Shown: in pieces, positions 41,379 to 51,748 of the stretch
Position numbering within the stretch: the first letter of the stretch is position 1
Layout: each line of letters starts with the position of its first letter
Origin: a virus
Virus record (IMG/VR): IMGVR_UViG_3300027788_000004
Location: 68,787 to 132,786 of that record
Strand: one strand, 5' to 3'
DNA: 64,000 nt
The notes under the pieces: generated by a model
Database searches by the model: none
The model's input: the letters and a program-made list of their open reading frames with translations, nothing else
Told to the model about the DNA's origin: nothing
Position numbers and translations under genes: made by a program

Positions 41379-41906
41379 ATGGCACAAAAAGATAACGCAT
41401 TTTTCGACTTTTTCAAATGGCTAATCCGACCTTTCGATTGGCCTAAATCAACTTACCAAGAATTAAAAGATTGGTATATTATGAAGAACGTTTGTAAGGA
41501 AGTAGGGATACAACAAATGTTTAAGAAGAACGATCCAGAAATTAGATATGATAAACTTTATAGACTATATACAGTTATTAACATACCCGAAGAATTATAT
41601 GACAAACAACATGAACAAGCTAGACAAACATTTTTAATCGATCAATTAAGAAAAATTGATGAATTTACAGTGTCTTTAGGTATTAGCGAAATCTTATACC
41701 CAGAGTATAATATCATTACCGATGTTCCAGATTCCTTTGCTTATTTATTAACATTAGAAACTGATAAAGAAAGTTTAACCATTTGGAAATTTTTAGGATG
41801 GATATTAAAATTATCTATATGGACAATCATTTATTTAGCTATCAATTCTATTATTTTTAATACTACAGGAAATTCAATCATCGGTTGGATATCCTCTTTA
41901 ATATAA
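41379..41906 (+). CDS. hypothetical protein with C-terminal TM segment
   Basis: Hydrophobic C-terminal helix. Confidence 0.65.
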   Translation: MAQKDNAFFDFFKWLIRPFDWPKSTYQELKDWYIMKNVCKEVGIQQMFKKNDPEIRYDKLYRLYTVINIPEELYDKQHEQARQTFLIDQLRKIDEFTVSLGISEILYPEYNIITDVPDSFAYLLTLETDKESLTIWKFLGWILKLSIWTIIYLAINSIIFNTTGNSIIGWISSLI

Positions 41907-41910
41907 TTAT

Positions 41911-42642
41911 ATGAAAACAACTACAGGGCCTAACGGTAAGGGCAGATATTATATCATAAACAAAGATATTCAATTACCATCAGTAACAACGATATTAGGA
42001 GAAATGACTGATAAATCAGGCATAGAACGTTGGAAAAAACGAGTAGGAGAAGAAAAGGCAAACGAAATTTCAAAGAATGGGTGTGATAGAGGAACATTTA
42101 TGCACGAATTAAATGAGCGTTATCAGTACCTCTTAGTGAATGAAAAGGATGATAGTGGTATATTAAAGAAAACATTCGAAGATGTACTAGCCAATCCTGA
42201 AATGTCCAAGATTAGTCCAGAAAACAAAGAGAGAGGTAAAAATTTATTCGTAAAAATGCTTAATTACGGGTTGTTTAATCGAGTAGAAAAATTAGAATTA
42301 CAAGAAGAAGCAGTGTGGTCAGGACGTGGAGGAGGTTATGCAGGTAGATTAGATAAAGCCGCTAGAATAGATGGAAAATTAAAAATTGTAGATTATAAAA
42401 GTTCTAGCAAACCTAAACGAGAAGAATGGATAGAAAATTATAAAATGCAAGGAGCTGCTTATAGCGTAGCTTATTTTGATCGTTATGGAGAGATGCCAGA
42501 TGGATTTGAAATATGGATTGCAAATGATGTTCAAGATAAGCCACAAGTATTCAAAGGAAATCAACAAGATATAAGAAAGTATTTCAAAATGTTCCACGAC
42601 TTAGTAATAGAATATCATTCACTTAACACAGTTAGTAATTAA
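41911..42642 (+). CDS. PD-(D/E)xK exonuclease (Cas4-like phage family)
   Basis: LPSVTTIL, W..RVG, RGT..H, YAGRLD, IVDYKSS, Q..AY motifs. Confidence 0.88.
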   Translation: MKTTTGPNGKGRYYIINKDIQLPSVTTILGEMTDKSGIERWKKRVGEEKANEISKNGCDRGTFMHELNERYQYLLVNEKDDSGILKKTFEDVLANPEMSKISPENKERGKNLFVKMLNYGLFNRVEKLELQEEAVWSGRGGGYAGRLDKAARIDGKLKIVDYKSSSKPKREEWIENYKMQGAAYSVAYFDRYGEMPDGFEIWIANDVQDKPQVFKGNQQDIRKYFKMFHDLVIEYHSLNTVSN

Positions 42643-43278
42643 ATGAAGTACACATTTGGGTATATAAAACATAACAAAGAAATAAATGAATATCATTTAG
42701 GTGCGTGTTTAGATAATTTAGACGGAGACTATTCTATAATAACAACATCAGATAAGAAATTTCCTGCAGAAAACTATAATGATATCTTAGAACAATGCAC
42801 AACAGATTACTTAATACTTTCCCATGAAGATGTAACATTACCAAAAGATTTCTTAAAAAAATTAGAAATAACTATTAAACATGTGCCAGACTTTGGTTGT
42901 TTAGGTATGGTTGGCGTAGATAATAATAGAAACTATCATTGGTCTCAAAGCGATAATTTATTTGAAGTTGATACTCTTGATTGTTGCTTCTTAGTAATAA
43001 ATATGAAAAACTTAAATGGAGCAAAATTCGATACAGAATCGTTTGGTGAATATCATTTATATGTAGAAGATTTTTGTGCACAAATGAATAGAATCAATAA
43101 GAAAACTAACTACACCATCGCAGTAAATGCAAGCGAAAAACCTCTTTATATGACTGATGATTTATCTTCAATGGGCCATCATAGTGCAACAGTAAAAGAA
43201 CGTGGATACTGTTGGGGAAGATATCAAGAATTTAGAACCGTCTTAGAAAACAAATGGCCAAATATAAAAACTACATAA
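42643..43278 (+). CDS. glycosyltransferase family 2-like protein
   Basis: YN......DYLILSHEDV, GMVG, VDTLD, YHLYVEDFC. Confidence 0.72.
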   Translation: MKYTFGYIKHNKEINEYHLGACLDNLDGDYSIITTSDKKFPAENYNDILEQCTTDYLILSHEDVTLPKDFLKKLEITIKHVPDFGCLGMVGVDNNRNYHWSQSDNLFEVDTLDCCFLVINMKNLNGAKFDTESFGEYHLYVEDFCAQMNRINKKTNYTIAVNASEKPLYMTDDLSSMGHHSATVKERGYCWGRYQEFRTVLENKWPNIKTT

Positions 43279-43279
43279 A

Positions 43280-43585
43280 ATGACTTATAGACCACTTCCG
43301 TATTATCTAACAATCAAAGAATCCAAAGTAGAAGGACTTGGCTTATTTACAAAAGATGATTGCACAATTGCAAATGGTGTTTTCTTAGGAACCACACATA
43401 TTAAAAATGAAGATTTTGAAAACGGATATATTAGAACTCCTTTAGGTGGATTCATAAATCACTCGGAAACTCCTAATTGCGAAAAAATAGAATCTACTGA
43501 TACTGTTTCAATAAGGACTATTAAAAAAGTAAAGGCTAACGAAGAATTAACCTTAAAATATACATGGTATAATACAAACAAATAA
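43280..43585 (+). CDS. SET-domain protein (putative lysine methyltransferase)
   Basis: GLGLF, GGFINHSETPNC, EELTLKY signature. Confidence 0.88.
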   Translation: MTYRPLPYYLTIKESKVEGLGLFTKDDCTIANGVFLGTTHIKNEDFENGYIRTPLGGFINHSETPNCEKIESTDTVSIRTIKKVKANEELTLKYTWYNTNK

Positions 43586-43588
43586 ATT

Positions 43589-44305
43589 ATGACAAGACAT
43601 CTTGCACACGATAAAATTAAAGGTTATGAAGTTGATATGGTTATTATTAGCTGGGCTAAAACCGATGCATTAAGAAAGGTTACCGAAGATGGTATTCTAT
43701 CTTGTATTGAATCTGATAAATTAGTTAAATTTAACTTTTTTGTAGTTGAAACAAATAAAGATGTTACTTATGATTTACCAAACACAGAAACAATCCACCC
43801 CGAAGTAAGTTATGGATATCATAGATACTTAAATATAGGAAGAAAGGCTGGTAATTCTAAATATGTTTGTTTATGTAATAACGATCTAACTTATGAAAAT
43901 ATATGGTCAACCGAAATAATGGACTTTATGGAATCTAGACCTGATATAAAATCTGCGAGTCCTTGGTGCCCACAAACTCAAGGATCTAATATAGAACATA
44001 CTGACAAAGCTTATGTAGGTTATCAAGTACGTGGAGAATTAGCTGGTTGGTGTATATTTCAACAACGAAGTATATATGAAACCATTGGAGATCTTGATGA
44101 GCGATTTGAATTTTGGTATTGTGATAATGATTATGGAAAGACTTTAGAATCTAAAAAAATACTACATGCACTAATCCCACCGTCAGTAGTTAATCATCAT
44201 GCAGAAATGATAGGAGAAACTGGTAAAACATTAGACGAATCTTCTAAAACCGATATGACTATCGGTCAAACGGATGTATTTAACAAAAAATGGAATATAC
44301 AATAA
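43589..44305 (+). CDS. glycosyltransferase family 2
   Basis: LNIG...YVCLCNNDL, GWCIF, IGDLDERFEFWYCDND, V.HH. Confidence 0.82.
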   Translation: MTRHLAHDKIKGYEVDMVIISWAKTDALRKVTEDGILSCIESDKLVKFNFFVVETNKDVTYDLPNTETIHPEVSYGYHRYLNIGRKAGNSKYVCLCNNDLTYENIWSTEIMDFMESRPDIKSASPWCPQTQGSNIEHTDKAYVGYQVRGELAGWCIFQQRSIYETIGDLDERFEFWYCDNDYGKTLESKKILHALIPPSVVNHHAEMIGETGKTLDESSKTDMTIGQTDVFNKKWNIQ

Positions 44306-44311
44306 AAAATG

Positions 44312-44339
44312 GAAACTTTTTTTATCATAATTCATATAA
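44312..44339 (+). promoter_or_regulatory. putative middle promoter GAAAC-N16-CATATAA
   Basis: Exact motif. Confidence 0.8.
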
Positions 44340-44355
44340 TATCTAAAATAACATT

Positions 44356-45246
44356 ATGGGTATAACAGATACTACAAAAATCTTAGTTACAGGTGGAGCT
44401 GGTTATGTTGGTTCTAATCTTATAAAAACATTACTTGACACCGATCCAGATATACGTATAATATCTTTTGATAACTATTCTACTGGATTGCGTTCTAATC
44501 ATATCGATAACCCAAAGATAACATATCTAGAAGGTGATTGTAAAGATTTACGTAGTATGAGAATTCTTAGAGATGTTAAAACCGTATTTCATTTTGGTGA
44601 ATACTCTAGAATAACTACATCATTTGAAGATATCAAAACGGTTGCAGATTCGAATATGCAAGGAACGTTTAATGTTCTTGAATTTTGTAGAGAAAACAAA
44701 TGTAATCTTATTTATTCTGCATCAAGCTCAAAATTTGGTGATGGTAATGAAAACCTTTCTCCATACGCTTGGATGAAATCAAAGAATGTAGAACTAATAA
44801 AAAATTATAATACATGGTTTGATCTTCAATATGATATAGCATACTTCTATAATGTATATGGAAAGAACCATATAAAAACAGGAAAGTACGCAACGGTAAT
44901 TGGTATATTTGAAAACGCAGTAGAAAATAATGAACCAATTCCTATCATCGGAGATGGAGATCAAGAACGAGACTTTACTCATGTTGATGATATTACATTA
45001 GGATTGTACAAGATCTATAAAAAAAGTTTACGGAACAAAGAATACTTTTTAGGAACCGGAGAGAATCATACGATACTCAAGGTTGCACTAATGTTTTCTA
45101 ATAATATAAAACACTTACCGAAAAAGGTTGGTGAGAGAAAATCATCTATCATACCATCAAATAAAAATAATCAAAAAATTGGATGGAAAAGCCAAATAAA
45201 ACTAAAAGAATATATAAAACAATTGAAAGTGAGTGAAACTTTCTAA
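44356..45246 (+). CDS. NAD-dependent nucleotide-sugar epimerase/dehydratase
   Basis: TGGAGYVGS, SASSS, YAWMK (YxxxK), YNVYG, GDGDQERDFTHV. Confidence 0.9.
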   Translation: MGITDTTKILVTGGAGYVGSNLIKTLLDTDPDIRIISFDNYSTGLRSNHIDNPKITYLEGDCKDLRSMRILRDVKTVFHFGEYSRITTSFEDIKTVADSNMQGTFNVLEFCRENKCNLIYSASSSKFGDGNENLSPYAWMKSKNVELIKNYNTWFDLQYDIAYFYNVYGKNHIKTGKYATVIGIFENAVENNEPIPIIGDGDQERDFTHVDDITLGLYKIYKKSLRNKEYFLGTGENHTILKVALMFSNNIKHLPKKVGERKSSIIPSNKNNQKIGWKSQIKLKEYIKQLKVSETF

Positions 45247-45261
45247 AAACTATTCATATAA
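45235..45261 (+). promoter_or_regulatory. putative middle promoter GAAAC-N15-CATATAA
   Basis: Motif with a spacer one base shorter. Confidence 0.7.
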
Positions 45262-45287
45262 TTATTAAATAAAAAAACAAAACTAAT

Positions 45288-45866
45288 ATGGAAAAGACTA
45301 CAATGAATGTAATCAAAAATGACGGTCCTATATCAGCTGACCAAGTAAAAACTCAGGGATTAACTGAGAATAACGAAAAAGCTATGAAATTTGAAGAAGA
45401 AATGGTTGAGAAACAAAAAGAACTTACCAAAAAGAAATACAAAGTAAAAACTACAGAAAGCACTGTAAAATACCTTACTGGAGACTTTTATAATAATGTT
45501 GAATGGAACGGTTATGAGTGTTATGCTATTAGTGAAACAAACTCAGTTATTACTAAGATGGTATCTAAACTTAAACCATCTAAAACCGGTAAAGTAACGC
45601 TTTCATTTACACCAGATATTTTACAAGCGGTATTTCACTTTATGAAAGGTCATAAAGGAACTGGAATTCAAACTGCACAAAATCACAGATTGTTATGCGA
45701 AGATTTTTCATCTGCAATGGCTGACCTAAACGGCGATCATAAATTAGTAAGAGATCTTGCTGTTGAAGCTGAAGCTGCTAAACACGGAATTACAACCGAT
45801 GAGTATGAAAGAATGGCTGCAGAAAACGCTCCACAACAACCAAACGGTGGAAGAATGCCTTCATAA
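45288..45866 (+). CDS. hypothetical protein
   Basis: 192-aa ORF after the middle promoter. Confidence 0.7.
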   Translation: MEKTTMNVIKNDGPISADQVKTQGLTENNEKAMKFEEEMVEKQKELTKKKYKVKTTESTVKYLTGDFYNNVEWNGYECYAISETNSVITKMVSKLKPSKTGKVTLSFTPDILQAVFHFMKGHKGTGIQTAQNHRLLCEDFSSAMADLNGDHKLVRDLAVEAEAAKHGITTDEYERMAAENAPQQPNGGRMPS

Positions 45867-45881
45867 AAATAAATAAGTATA

Positions 45882-46166
45882 ATGAATAAAATTATTAAAT
45901 ATGTAATTCCAGGAATTGCTTTCTTTACTTTAATGTGTTTCTTTCAAACATGTGGATCTAAAGGTATCTCACGAGATATTAAAAAACAAAACATCGAATT
46001 TCAATCTAAGATAGATTCATTAACTAACATAATAAATTCTAAACCTTCTATTGAAGACGTAGAATATACAATGGAACAAGTTATGTATAAGTATCTTATT
46101 TACGAAGATGATTTAGATAGAGGAAAGATAAGTTTATCTGCGATAAAAAACCGAATAGATGAGTAA
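45882..46166 (+). CDS. small membrane-anchored or lipoprotein-like protein
   Basis: N-terminal hydrophobic helix ending in Cys, then coiled coil. Confidence 0.55.
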   Translation: MNKIIKYVIPGIAFFTLMCFFQTCGSKGISRDIKKQNIEFQSKIDSLTNIINSKPSIEDVEYTMEQVMYKYLIYEDDLDRGKISLSAIKNRIDE

Positions 46167-46512
46167 TATACAAACTCTAGTAATGGGGTTATTGTTATTT
46201 GCATTAGGACAATCATTAATTTGGATACAAACAAACGGACAATTCGTATGGAAGTGGGTTGATAAGAACCCACTTCTAATGTCCATTGGTTTAGGAATAC
46301 CAATTTCTTATATGTTTATTAAAGCTACTAGATTTACAGTAGATTATTTTGATGGATCTTTATGGCCATCCAGATTTATAGGTTTTGCAATCGGTATATT
46401 TTGTTTTACTTTACTTACATATTTTTTTAAGGATGAAGGTATAAATTACAAAACTGCTACTTGTTTATTATTAGCATTGTCTATAATTATAATACAATTA
46501 TTTTGGAAATAA
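46159..46512 (+). CDS. four-TM small membrane protein (SMR/DMT-like topology)
   Basis: Four hydrophobic helices in 117 aa. Confidence 0.6.
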   Translation: MSNIQTLVMGLLLFALGQSLIWIQTNGQFVWKWVDKNPLLMSIGLGIPISYMFIKATRFTVDYFDGSLWPSRFIGFAIGIFCFTLLTYFFKDEGINYKTATCLLLALSIIIIQLFWK

Positions 46513-47492
46513 AAAAGAAAATTTTAATCACAGGTGAATCAGGGTTTATTGGTTCGCATGTAATAACTCACTTTGTTAATAAATATCCTAACTATGATAT
46601 ACATGGTATGGATTGTTTAACGTATGCTGCTGATAAAGCTTTTACCGATAATTTACAAGAAAAACCAAATTATTTTTTCTCTAAAGTAGATATTAGAGAT
46701 CGTCAAAAATTAACAGAGTTATTTGCAAGTGAAAAATATACAGATGTGATTCATTTAGCTGCAGAATCTCATGTAGATAACTCAATAGAAAATCCACTGA
46801 TTTTTGCAGAGACTAATGTTTTAGGAACTCTTAATTTACTTGATGCATTTAGAAAACATAGTACAGGAAGATTTCATCACGTTTCAACCGATGAAGTTTA
46901 TGGAGATCTAGAAATGGATGATCCGGCTTTTGAAGAAACTACACCATACGATCCAAGTTCTCCATATTCTGCATCTAAAGCGGCATCAGATCATTTTGTT
47001 AGAGCATATCACAGAACCTTTAATATAGATGTTACGATTACTAATTGTTCTAATAACTTCGGACCTCATCAACATCATGAAAAATTTATACCTACTATCA
47101 TAAGATCTATAATAGAAGGAAAACAAATTCCTATTTATGGAAATGGTGAAAATGTTAGAGATTGGTTATATGTTCAAGATCATGCAGAGGCTATTGATAA
47201 AGTATTCCATGAAGGTAAGAATGGAGAAACATATAATGTAGGCGGTGATAATGAATTAACGAATATCGATATAGTGTATGCTATATGTGATAGTATGGAA
47301 TGGTCTATACAAAGGGATCCTAGAAAACTAATCTCGTTTGTTAATGATAGAGCAGGTCATGATTTAAGGTATGCAATCAATGGTGAAAAACTTCGTAAAA
47401 ATTTAGGATGGTGTGCTGATACAAATATGTTTAGCGACAACCTTTCAAAAACTATTGATTGGTATGTACAAATATATAATAAAACAAACTAA
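46503..47492 (+). CDS. rmlB: dTDP-glucose 4,6-dehydratase (likely TTG start at 46503)
   Basis: TGESGFIGS, LTYAA, HLAAESHVD, HVSTDEVYG, PSSPYSASKA, RDWLYV, DRAGHDLRY. Confidence 0.93.
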   Translation: MEIKKKILITGESGFIGSHVITHFVNKYPNYDIHGMDCLTYAADKAFTDNLQEKPNYFFSKVDIRDRQKLTELFASEKYTDVIHLAAESHVDNSIENPLIFAETNVLGTLNLLDAFRKHSTGRFHHVSTDEVYGDLEMDDPAFEETTPYDPSSPYSASKAASDHFVRAYHRTFNIDVTITNCSNNFGPHQHHEKFIPTIIRSIIEGKQIPIYGNGENVRDWLYVQDHAEAIDKVFHEGKNGETYNVGGDNELTNIDIVYAICDSMEWSIQRDPRKLISFVNDRAGHDLRYAINGEKLRKNLGWCADTNMFSDNLSKTIDWYVQIYNKTN

Positions 47493-47499
47493 TTAAATT

Positions 47500-48297
47500 A
47501 TGGAAACAAACAAAAATAGATTAGTACATTTAGGAATAATTACAGTCTTTTGTAGCTTATATTTTCTAGTTGCTACGATTTCAATGATAAATTCTGTTGC
47601 ATTTTTTGATTTAGCGCATCAAGGAGCTATGAATTGGTCGTTAGCAATAGGATTTGAATTAGGTGCTGCAGCTTCGTTAGCTGCTATTATCATATTAGAT
47701 AAAACAAATCGGTTTATGGTTTGGTCTTTATTTTTACTCTTAACTGCATTTCAAATGATGGCAAATTCATATCATGCATTTATTAACTTAGAGGCTTATA
47801 TGGGTTGGATAGAATTATTTGGATTAGAAGAAATGGAACCATTAGCTCAAAAACGTATACTAGCAATTGTAAGTGGTGCAGTTCTTCCTATCATTGCATT
47901 AGGCTTTATAAAATCTCTAGTTGATTACATTAGGCCAGAAACTGCAGTAGATACACTCCGTGAAGAAAAAGTATTTAACTATCTTAACGAAAATGATAAA
48001 GACGTTAATGATTTTTTGAGTCACCCTGATAATAATAAAGAACCTCACGAAATGGGAGATACACTCCATACAGTTGGTGGTTTAACTAATGACAAAGACG
48101 GTGACTTTATGAAATTCCAAGACAAAATAGAAAAGGATCAACCAACTCAAATAGCTAAAGATAAACCTCATGCAGGATATCCAACTGAACAGCAATCTCC
48201 ATCAATTAAAGAAGATTTAGGTAATGTTGTTGATGTAGTAGTTAAAGATAATACAACTTATGTTACTACAAGACCTAAAACGGAAGAGGATATATAA
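47500..48297 (+). CDS. multi-TM membrane protein with disordered C-terminus
   Basis: About four TM helices in the N-terminal half; late-type motif at 47471. Confidence 0.65.
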   Translation: METNKNRLVHLGIITVFCSLYFLVATISMINSVAFFDLAHQGAMNWSLAIGFELGAAASLAAIIILDKTNRFMVWSLFLLLTAFQMMANSYHAFINLEAYMGWIELFGLEEMEPLAQKRILAIVSGAVLPIIALGFIKSLVDYIRPETAVDTLREEKVFNYLNENDKDVNDFLSHPDNNKEPHEMGDTLHTVGGLTNDKDGDFMKFQDKIEKDQPTQIAKDKPHAGYPTEQQSPSIKEDLGNVVDVVVKDNTTYVTTRPKTEEDI

Positions 48298-48316
48298 TTA
48301 AAATAAAAAATGTATA

Positions 48317-48865
48317 ATGGCTACTAATTTAACATGTACTAATAGTGATAACCGCTTCATCTTAGAATTTATAGGATGTGATCTTGTGGTTGTGCAAAAT
48401 TCAGAAACGGTTTTCAAAGCAAAAGGACTTTCTTTATGTCCGTGGTTTGATGAAGTTTGTGATTACTGTTATTGCAAACACACAATCGCAAAAAACGGTA
48501 CTATATCAGTAGCCGGTCCATTAAATGCTAATTTTATTTATATGCAGATTGAATGGCCATCACATTTAGCAGAATCTAAAAGAAGAGCGGCAATACAATT
48601 ACCGAAATTTAATATAATTAACGGAGTATTTACAGATCAAGGTCTTGGAAAATATGACGATCATACATATCCATTACAAGATTTATTTATGATAAACTCG
48701 GTAGATCAATATGAAGAATATAAATTACATAATTATTCAGATGAAACAATAGTTGTTCATGTTATTACTGCAACACATTGTGATTCTACTGCTGGTATTG
48801 GTACCAGTGGAGCAACCGGTAATTATCCAACCGGAGGTACATCAGTACCAGATTACATAGGATAG
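48317..48865 (+). CDS. hypothetical late (likely virion) protein
   Basis: Late promoter at 48289; beta-rich; GTSGATG tail. Confidence 0.6.
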   Translation: MATNLTCTNSDNRFILEFIGCDLVVVQNSETVFKAKGLSLCPWFDEVCDYCYCKHTIAKNGTISVAGPLNANFIYMQIEWPSHLAESKRRAAIQLPKFNIINGVFTDQGLGKYDDHTYPLQDLFMINSVDQYEEYKLHNYSDETIVVHVITATHCDSTAGIGTSGATGNYPTGGTSVPDYIG

Positions 48866-48902
48866 AAACTAATAAATAATTAACAATTCAAATTAAAGAA
48901 AG

Positions 48903-49139
48903 ATGACTAAAGAAAAATCAGACGTTACAAATATCGGAGAAGCAATCTCAGTATTAGTACAAGGAGTAAATATAGCTCAGGCTAAAGGAATTTATACATT
49001 TGGAGATTCTGCAAAAATTGCATCAGCACTAGACTTTATAGATGCAGCACAAGTAGCAGCTAAAGCAGAAATGGATAAAGGACCTGTTGGTCCTGCAACT
49101 ACGATTGAAGTAGATAAAACGGTAAAGAAAAAAAAATAA
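48903..49139 (+). CDS. hypothetical protein
   Basis: 78-aa ORF with A-rich leader. Confidence 0.65.
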   Translation: MTKEKSDVTNIGEAISVLVQGVNIAQAKGIYTFGDSAKIASALDFIDAAQVAAKAEMDKGPVGPATTIEVDKTVKKKK

Positions 49140-49147
49140 ATGAATAG

Positions 49148-49882
49148 ATGGATATTATACCTTCATTCACAGCATTCTTAAACGAAGCTGACGGATCGTA
49201 CAAACCAGGAAATATATCAGTTCCTGATGCATATAACATTAAATGGACTATTACCGACTTAGACTTAGGTAAAGGAATTTTTGCTAAGAAATACGATTTC
49301 GAATTCAAATTAGTTATTGAAGGATCTTCTATTGCAGGAGAAACAATTAAACAATCTGCTATTATGTCTATATCAAATGATTCTACTGGAGTTTTTGCTT
49401 TAGGTGATGATGTTGCAAAGTTTTCAGGACTAACTCTTAAGGATGCCAAGGCATATAAAGAAACTCCTGATGATGCATATATTTATGGATTAGTTAATAT
49501 CATGAATGGAGGTAAGGATATGTACTTCTGGACAAACGGTAAACGATTAAGTGGAGCTGCAAAAGCAGTAAGTTCTATGTCTGCAGTGATTGAACAACTT
49601 GCACATGAAGTAGGAGTTCATTTTACAAGACAACTTTTAGTTAAAATGGTTGCACAAAAACTCGACGTTGATATCACAAACGAAGATTGGATCACATATG
49701 ATTATGGGTCTGGTGAATATATGTGGCCAGCGGTTGGTGATCCTGATGATGATAAAAATCCTATGGTCATGATCGACGAAGAAACATTTGCTACGGCTGG
49801 ATCAGCTATGATATCTATGCTTACCGATGGGTTCTTTGAGATGGCAACTAATTACTTACCAAACTTACCTAAATTAAAATAA
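49148..49882 (+). CDS. tagged putative head-packaged protein with zincin-like motif
   Basis: N-terminus IPSFTAFLNE; LAHEVGVH plus downstream EE. Confidence 0.55.
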   Translation: MDIIPSFTAFLNEADGSYKPGNISVPDAYNIKWTITDLDLGKGIFAKKYDFEFKLVIEGSSIAGETIKQSAIMSISNDSTGVFALGDDVAKFSGLTLKDAKAYKETPDDAYIYGLVNIMNGGKDMYFWTNGKRLSGAAKAVSSMSAVIEQLAHEVGVHFTRQLLVKMVAQKLDVDITNEDWITYDYGSGEYMWPAVGDPDDDKNPMVMIDEETFATAGSAMISMLTDGFFEMATNYLPNLPKLK

Positions 49883-49890
49883 TCAGACCA

Positions 49891-50313
49891 ATGGATAATC
49901 AAAACCCTGGAAAAGAAAATAAAAACTTAGATGCTATAAGGCACTTCAAAGGTACTTGGAAAGATTTTGAAGATTTTTGGAAATCAAAAGGAGCTAGAAT
50001 GTCTCCATGGGAAGAATGGGAACAAGAGTATCCTAAGAAAAAGAAAATGGTAAGTAAGAATCCAGTCAATATGTATAAAACATTTGATGATGAATCTAAA
50101 GTAAAGGAATCTAATGATATAGATTTTTTATCATTTGCTGCATTTATAGGAGAGGATAATTTAGTTGCTTTAGGTGGTAGTTCTCAAGACAATCCACCAA
50201 TACAAAAACCATTTGTTCTAAAGACAAATAAACGTAAAGGTAGTAATGAGGATGATGACGACGATACTGAAGAAGTAGCAGATGTGAATACGGTAGGAAT
50301 CGGAACACGATAG
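49891..50313 (+). CDS. hypothetical protein
   Basis: Internal KESND..FLSFAAFIGE tag-like segment. Confidence 0.6.
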   Translation: MDNQNPGKENKNLDAIRHFKGTWKDFEDFWKSKGARMSPWEEWEQEYPKKKKMVSKNPVNMYKTFDDESKVKESNDIDFLSFAAFIGEDNLVALGGSSQDNPPIQKPFVLKTNKRKGSNEDDDDDTEEVADVNTVGIGTR

Positions 50314-50359
50314 AGATATATAATAAAATAACAAACTAAATTAAACATAATAATTAAAA

Positions 50360-51280
50360 ATGAAAAATTTTAGATCAATTAAACCTAATGTTATGGGTGG
50401 TCAAAAGGCTAATCCTACAACAAATAGTAATTCAAATTGGATCAACGAATCATTGTCTAAACCAGGTACAGTTAATCATGATAAAAGATTATTCGAAGCG
50501 AATGATTTAACTTCAGATTCTTCTATGGGAACTCAATCTGGTGGTCTTATTGGAGCAGAATGGACATCGAGTTTAACTGCAGTAACTACTACACAAACAA
50601 GAACCGGTGATGCTGATTGGAATACAGTAAGAGCTGCAGCTGCATCTACTGCACAATCAGCTACTGTTGCAAATATAGATTCAATGCATGCAAATGCTCC
50701 TCATACACTTGCAAGATTAGGACTATCTTTCGATATGTATGCTGCTGGAATAAGAGCGGATCTTCACGAAATAACTTCGGCTAAAATAATTTTCTCACCT
50801 TCTACAAGTCAAGAAGTATTTGGTTGGACTAAACAAGCAGCAGGAGCTACAGCATATGCATCTAGTGGATGTTATGTAGTTAATGGATTTGTAGATAATA
50901 CTGCAATGACTTCATCTGCTAAGTATAACGATCCTTATGCACATTCTCCATCTATGGAAGAAGCGGTATCAGGAAAAGTTATGTTACCAGGTGCAACTGC
51001 AATATCTTATTGGGGAATGAATGCTAACGATCCTGCTAATCTTACTTACGAAATGCAATTAAATACTGCAGGTCTTGCGAATTTAATATCAACTGGTTAT
51101 GATAGTTCTGGTTATACTGTTCAATTTTGGGTAGTAACTCCACAAGATAAAACAGATTCTAGACTTGATTGGGACAGACACTATTCAACATTTGGCGATG
51201 TAAGTGCAAGTGGTGGAACTGTTACTTTAGATATTTCTTATAAAGTAAAGAATTCTCCATTTGAACCATTATCTAGATAA
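50360..51280 (+). CDS. putative virion structural protein
   Basis: Late promoter at 50315; A/S/T-rich; WINE and LFE sites near the N-terminus. Confidence 0.55.
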   Translation: MKNFRSIKPNVMGGQKANPTTNSNSNWINESLSKPGTVNHDKRLFEANDLTSDSSMGTQSGGLIGAEWTSSLTAVTTTQTRTGDADWNTVRAAAASTAQSATVANIDSMHANAPHTLARLGLSFDMYAAGIRADLHEITSAKIIFSPSTSQEVFGWTKQAAGATAYASSGCYVVNGFVDNTAMTSSAKYNDPYAHSPSMEEAVSGKVMLPGATAISYWGMNANDPANLTYEMQLNTAGLANLISTGYDSSGYTVQFWVVTPQDKTDSRLDWDRHYSTFGDVSASGGTVTLDISYKVKNSPFEPLSR

Positions 51281-51301
51281 TAAAAATAAACATATAATAA
51301 A

Positions 51302-51748
51302 ATGTCGAAAGAAATTAAAAAATACAATGATTTTGTAAACGAAAATTATTACGAAACGTCACCAACCGTAGTACCTGGTGCTGGAGTTGGTGGTGGTTTA
51401 TTCCATAATGTCGGAGGAGCTAAAGTTAAACAAGATCTTTATGAAAAGGATGTTCCTCAAATAGGAGCTAACGGTATTGCTAACGATCCTGATTACGTTC
51501 CACCAGCACAAAACACACATGCTACATGGATGGGACAAATTGCTTTAGCAGATATGGTAGAAGACGTAAACCCAGAATGTAAATTCAAAGGTTCTATGGG
51601 TAAGGTAATAGGAATTCTTGGATCTGGTGATTTGGCACAAGTACAATACTTAATTGCAAACGAAGGAGATGGATGGGGAGTTGGAGAAGTTGCAAAAGTA
51701 TCTGCAACATCATTACAACTACTTAAAAAACATCAAATGAACGCATAA
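51302..51748 (+). CDS. tagged putative internal head protein
   Basis: N-terminus EIKKYNDFVNE; SH3/KOW-like C-terminal pattern. Confidence 0.6.
   Translation: MSKEIKKYNDFVNENYYETSPTVVPGAGVGGGLFHNVGGAKVKQDLYEKDVPQIGANGIANDPDYVPPAQNTHATWMGQIALADMVEDVNPECKFKGSMGKVIGILGSGDLAQVQYLIANEGDGWGVGEVAKVSATSLQLLKKHQMNA

Noticed and set aside
41911-42642. Cas4-like nuclease as evidence of a CRISPR-Cas system
   Set aside because: No array or other cas genes; stand-alone exonucleases of this type are common in large phages
46461-46502. N-terminal extension of RmlB in the ORF track
   Set aside because: Overlaps the upstream membrane gene; the Rossmann motif position favours a start near TTG 46503
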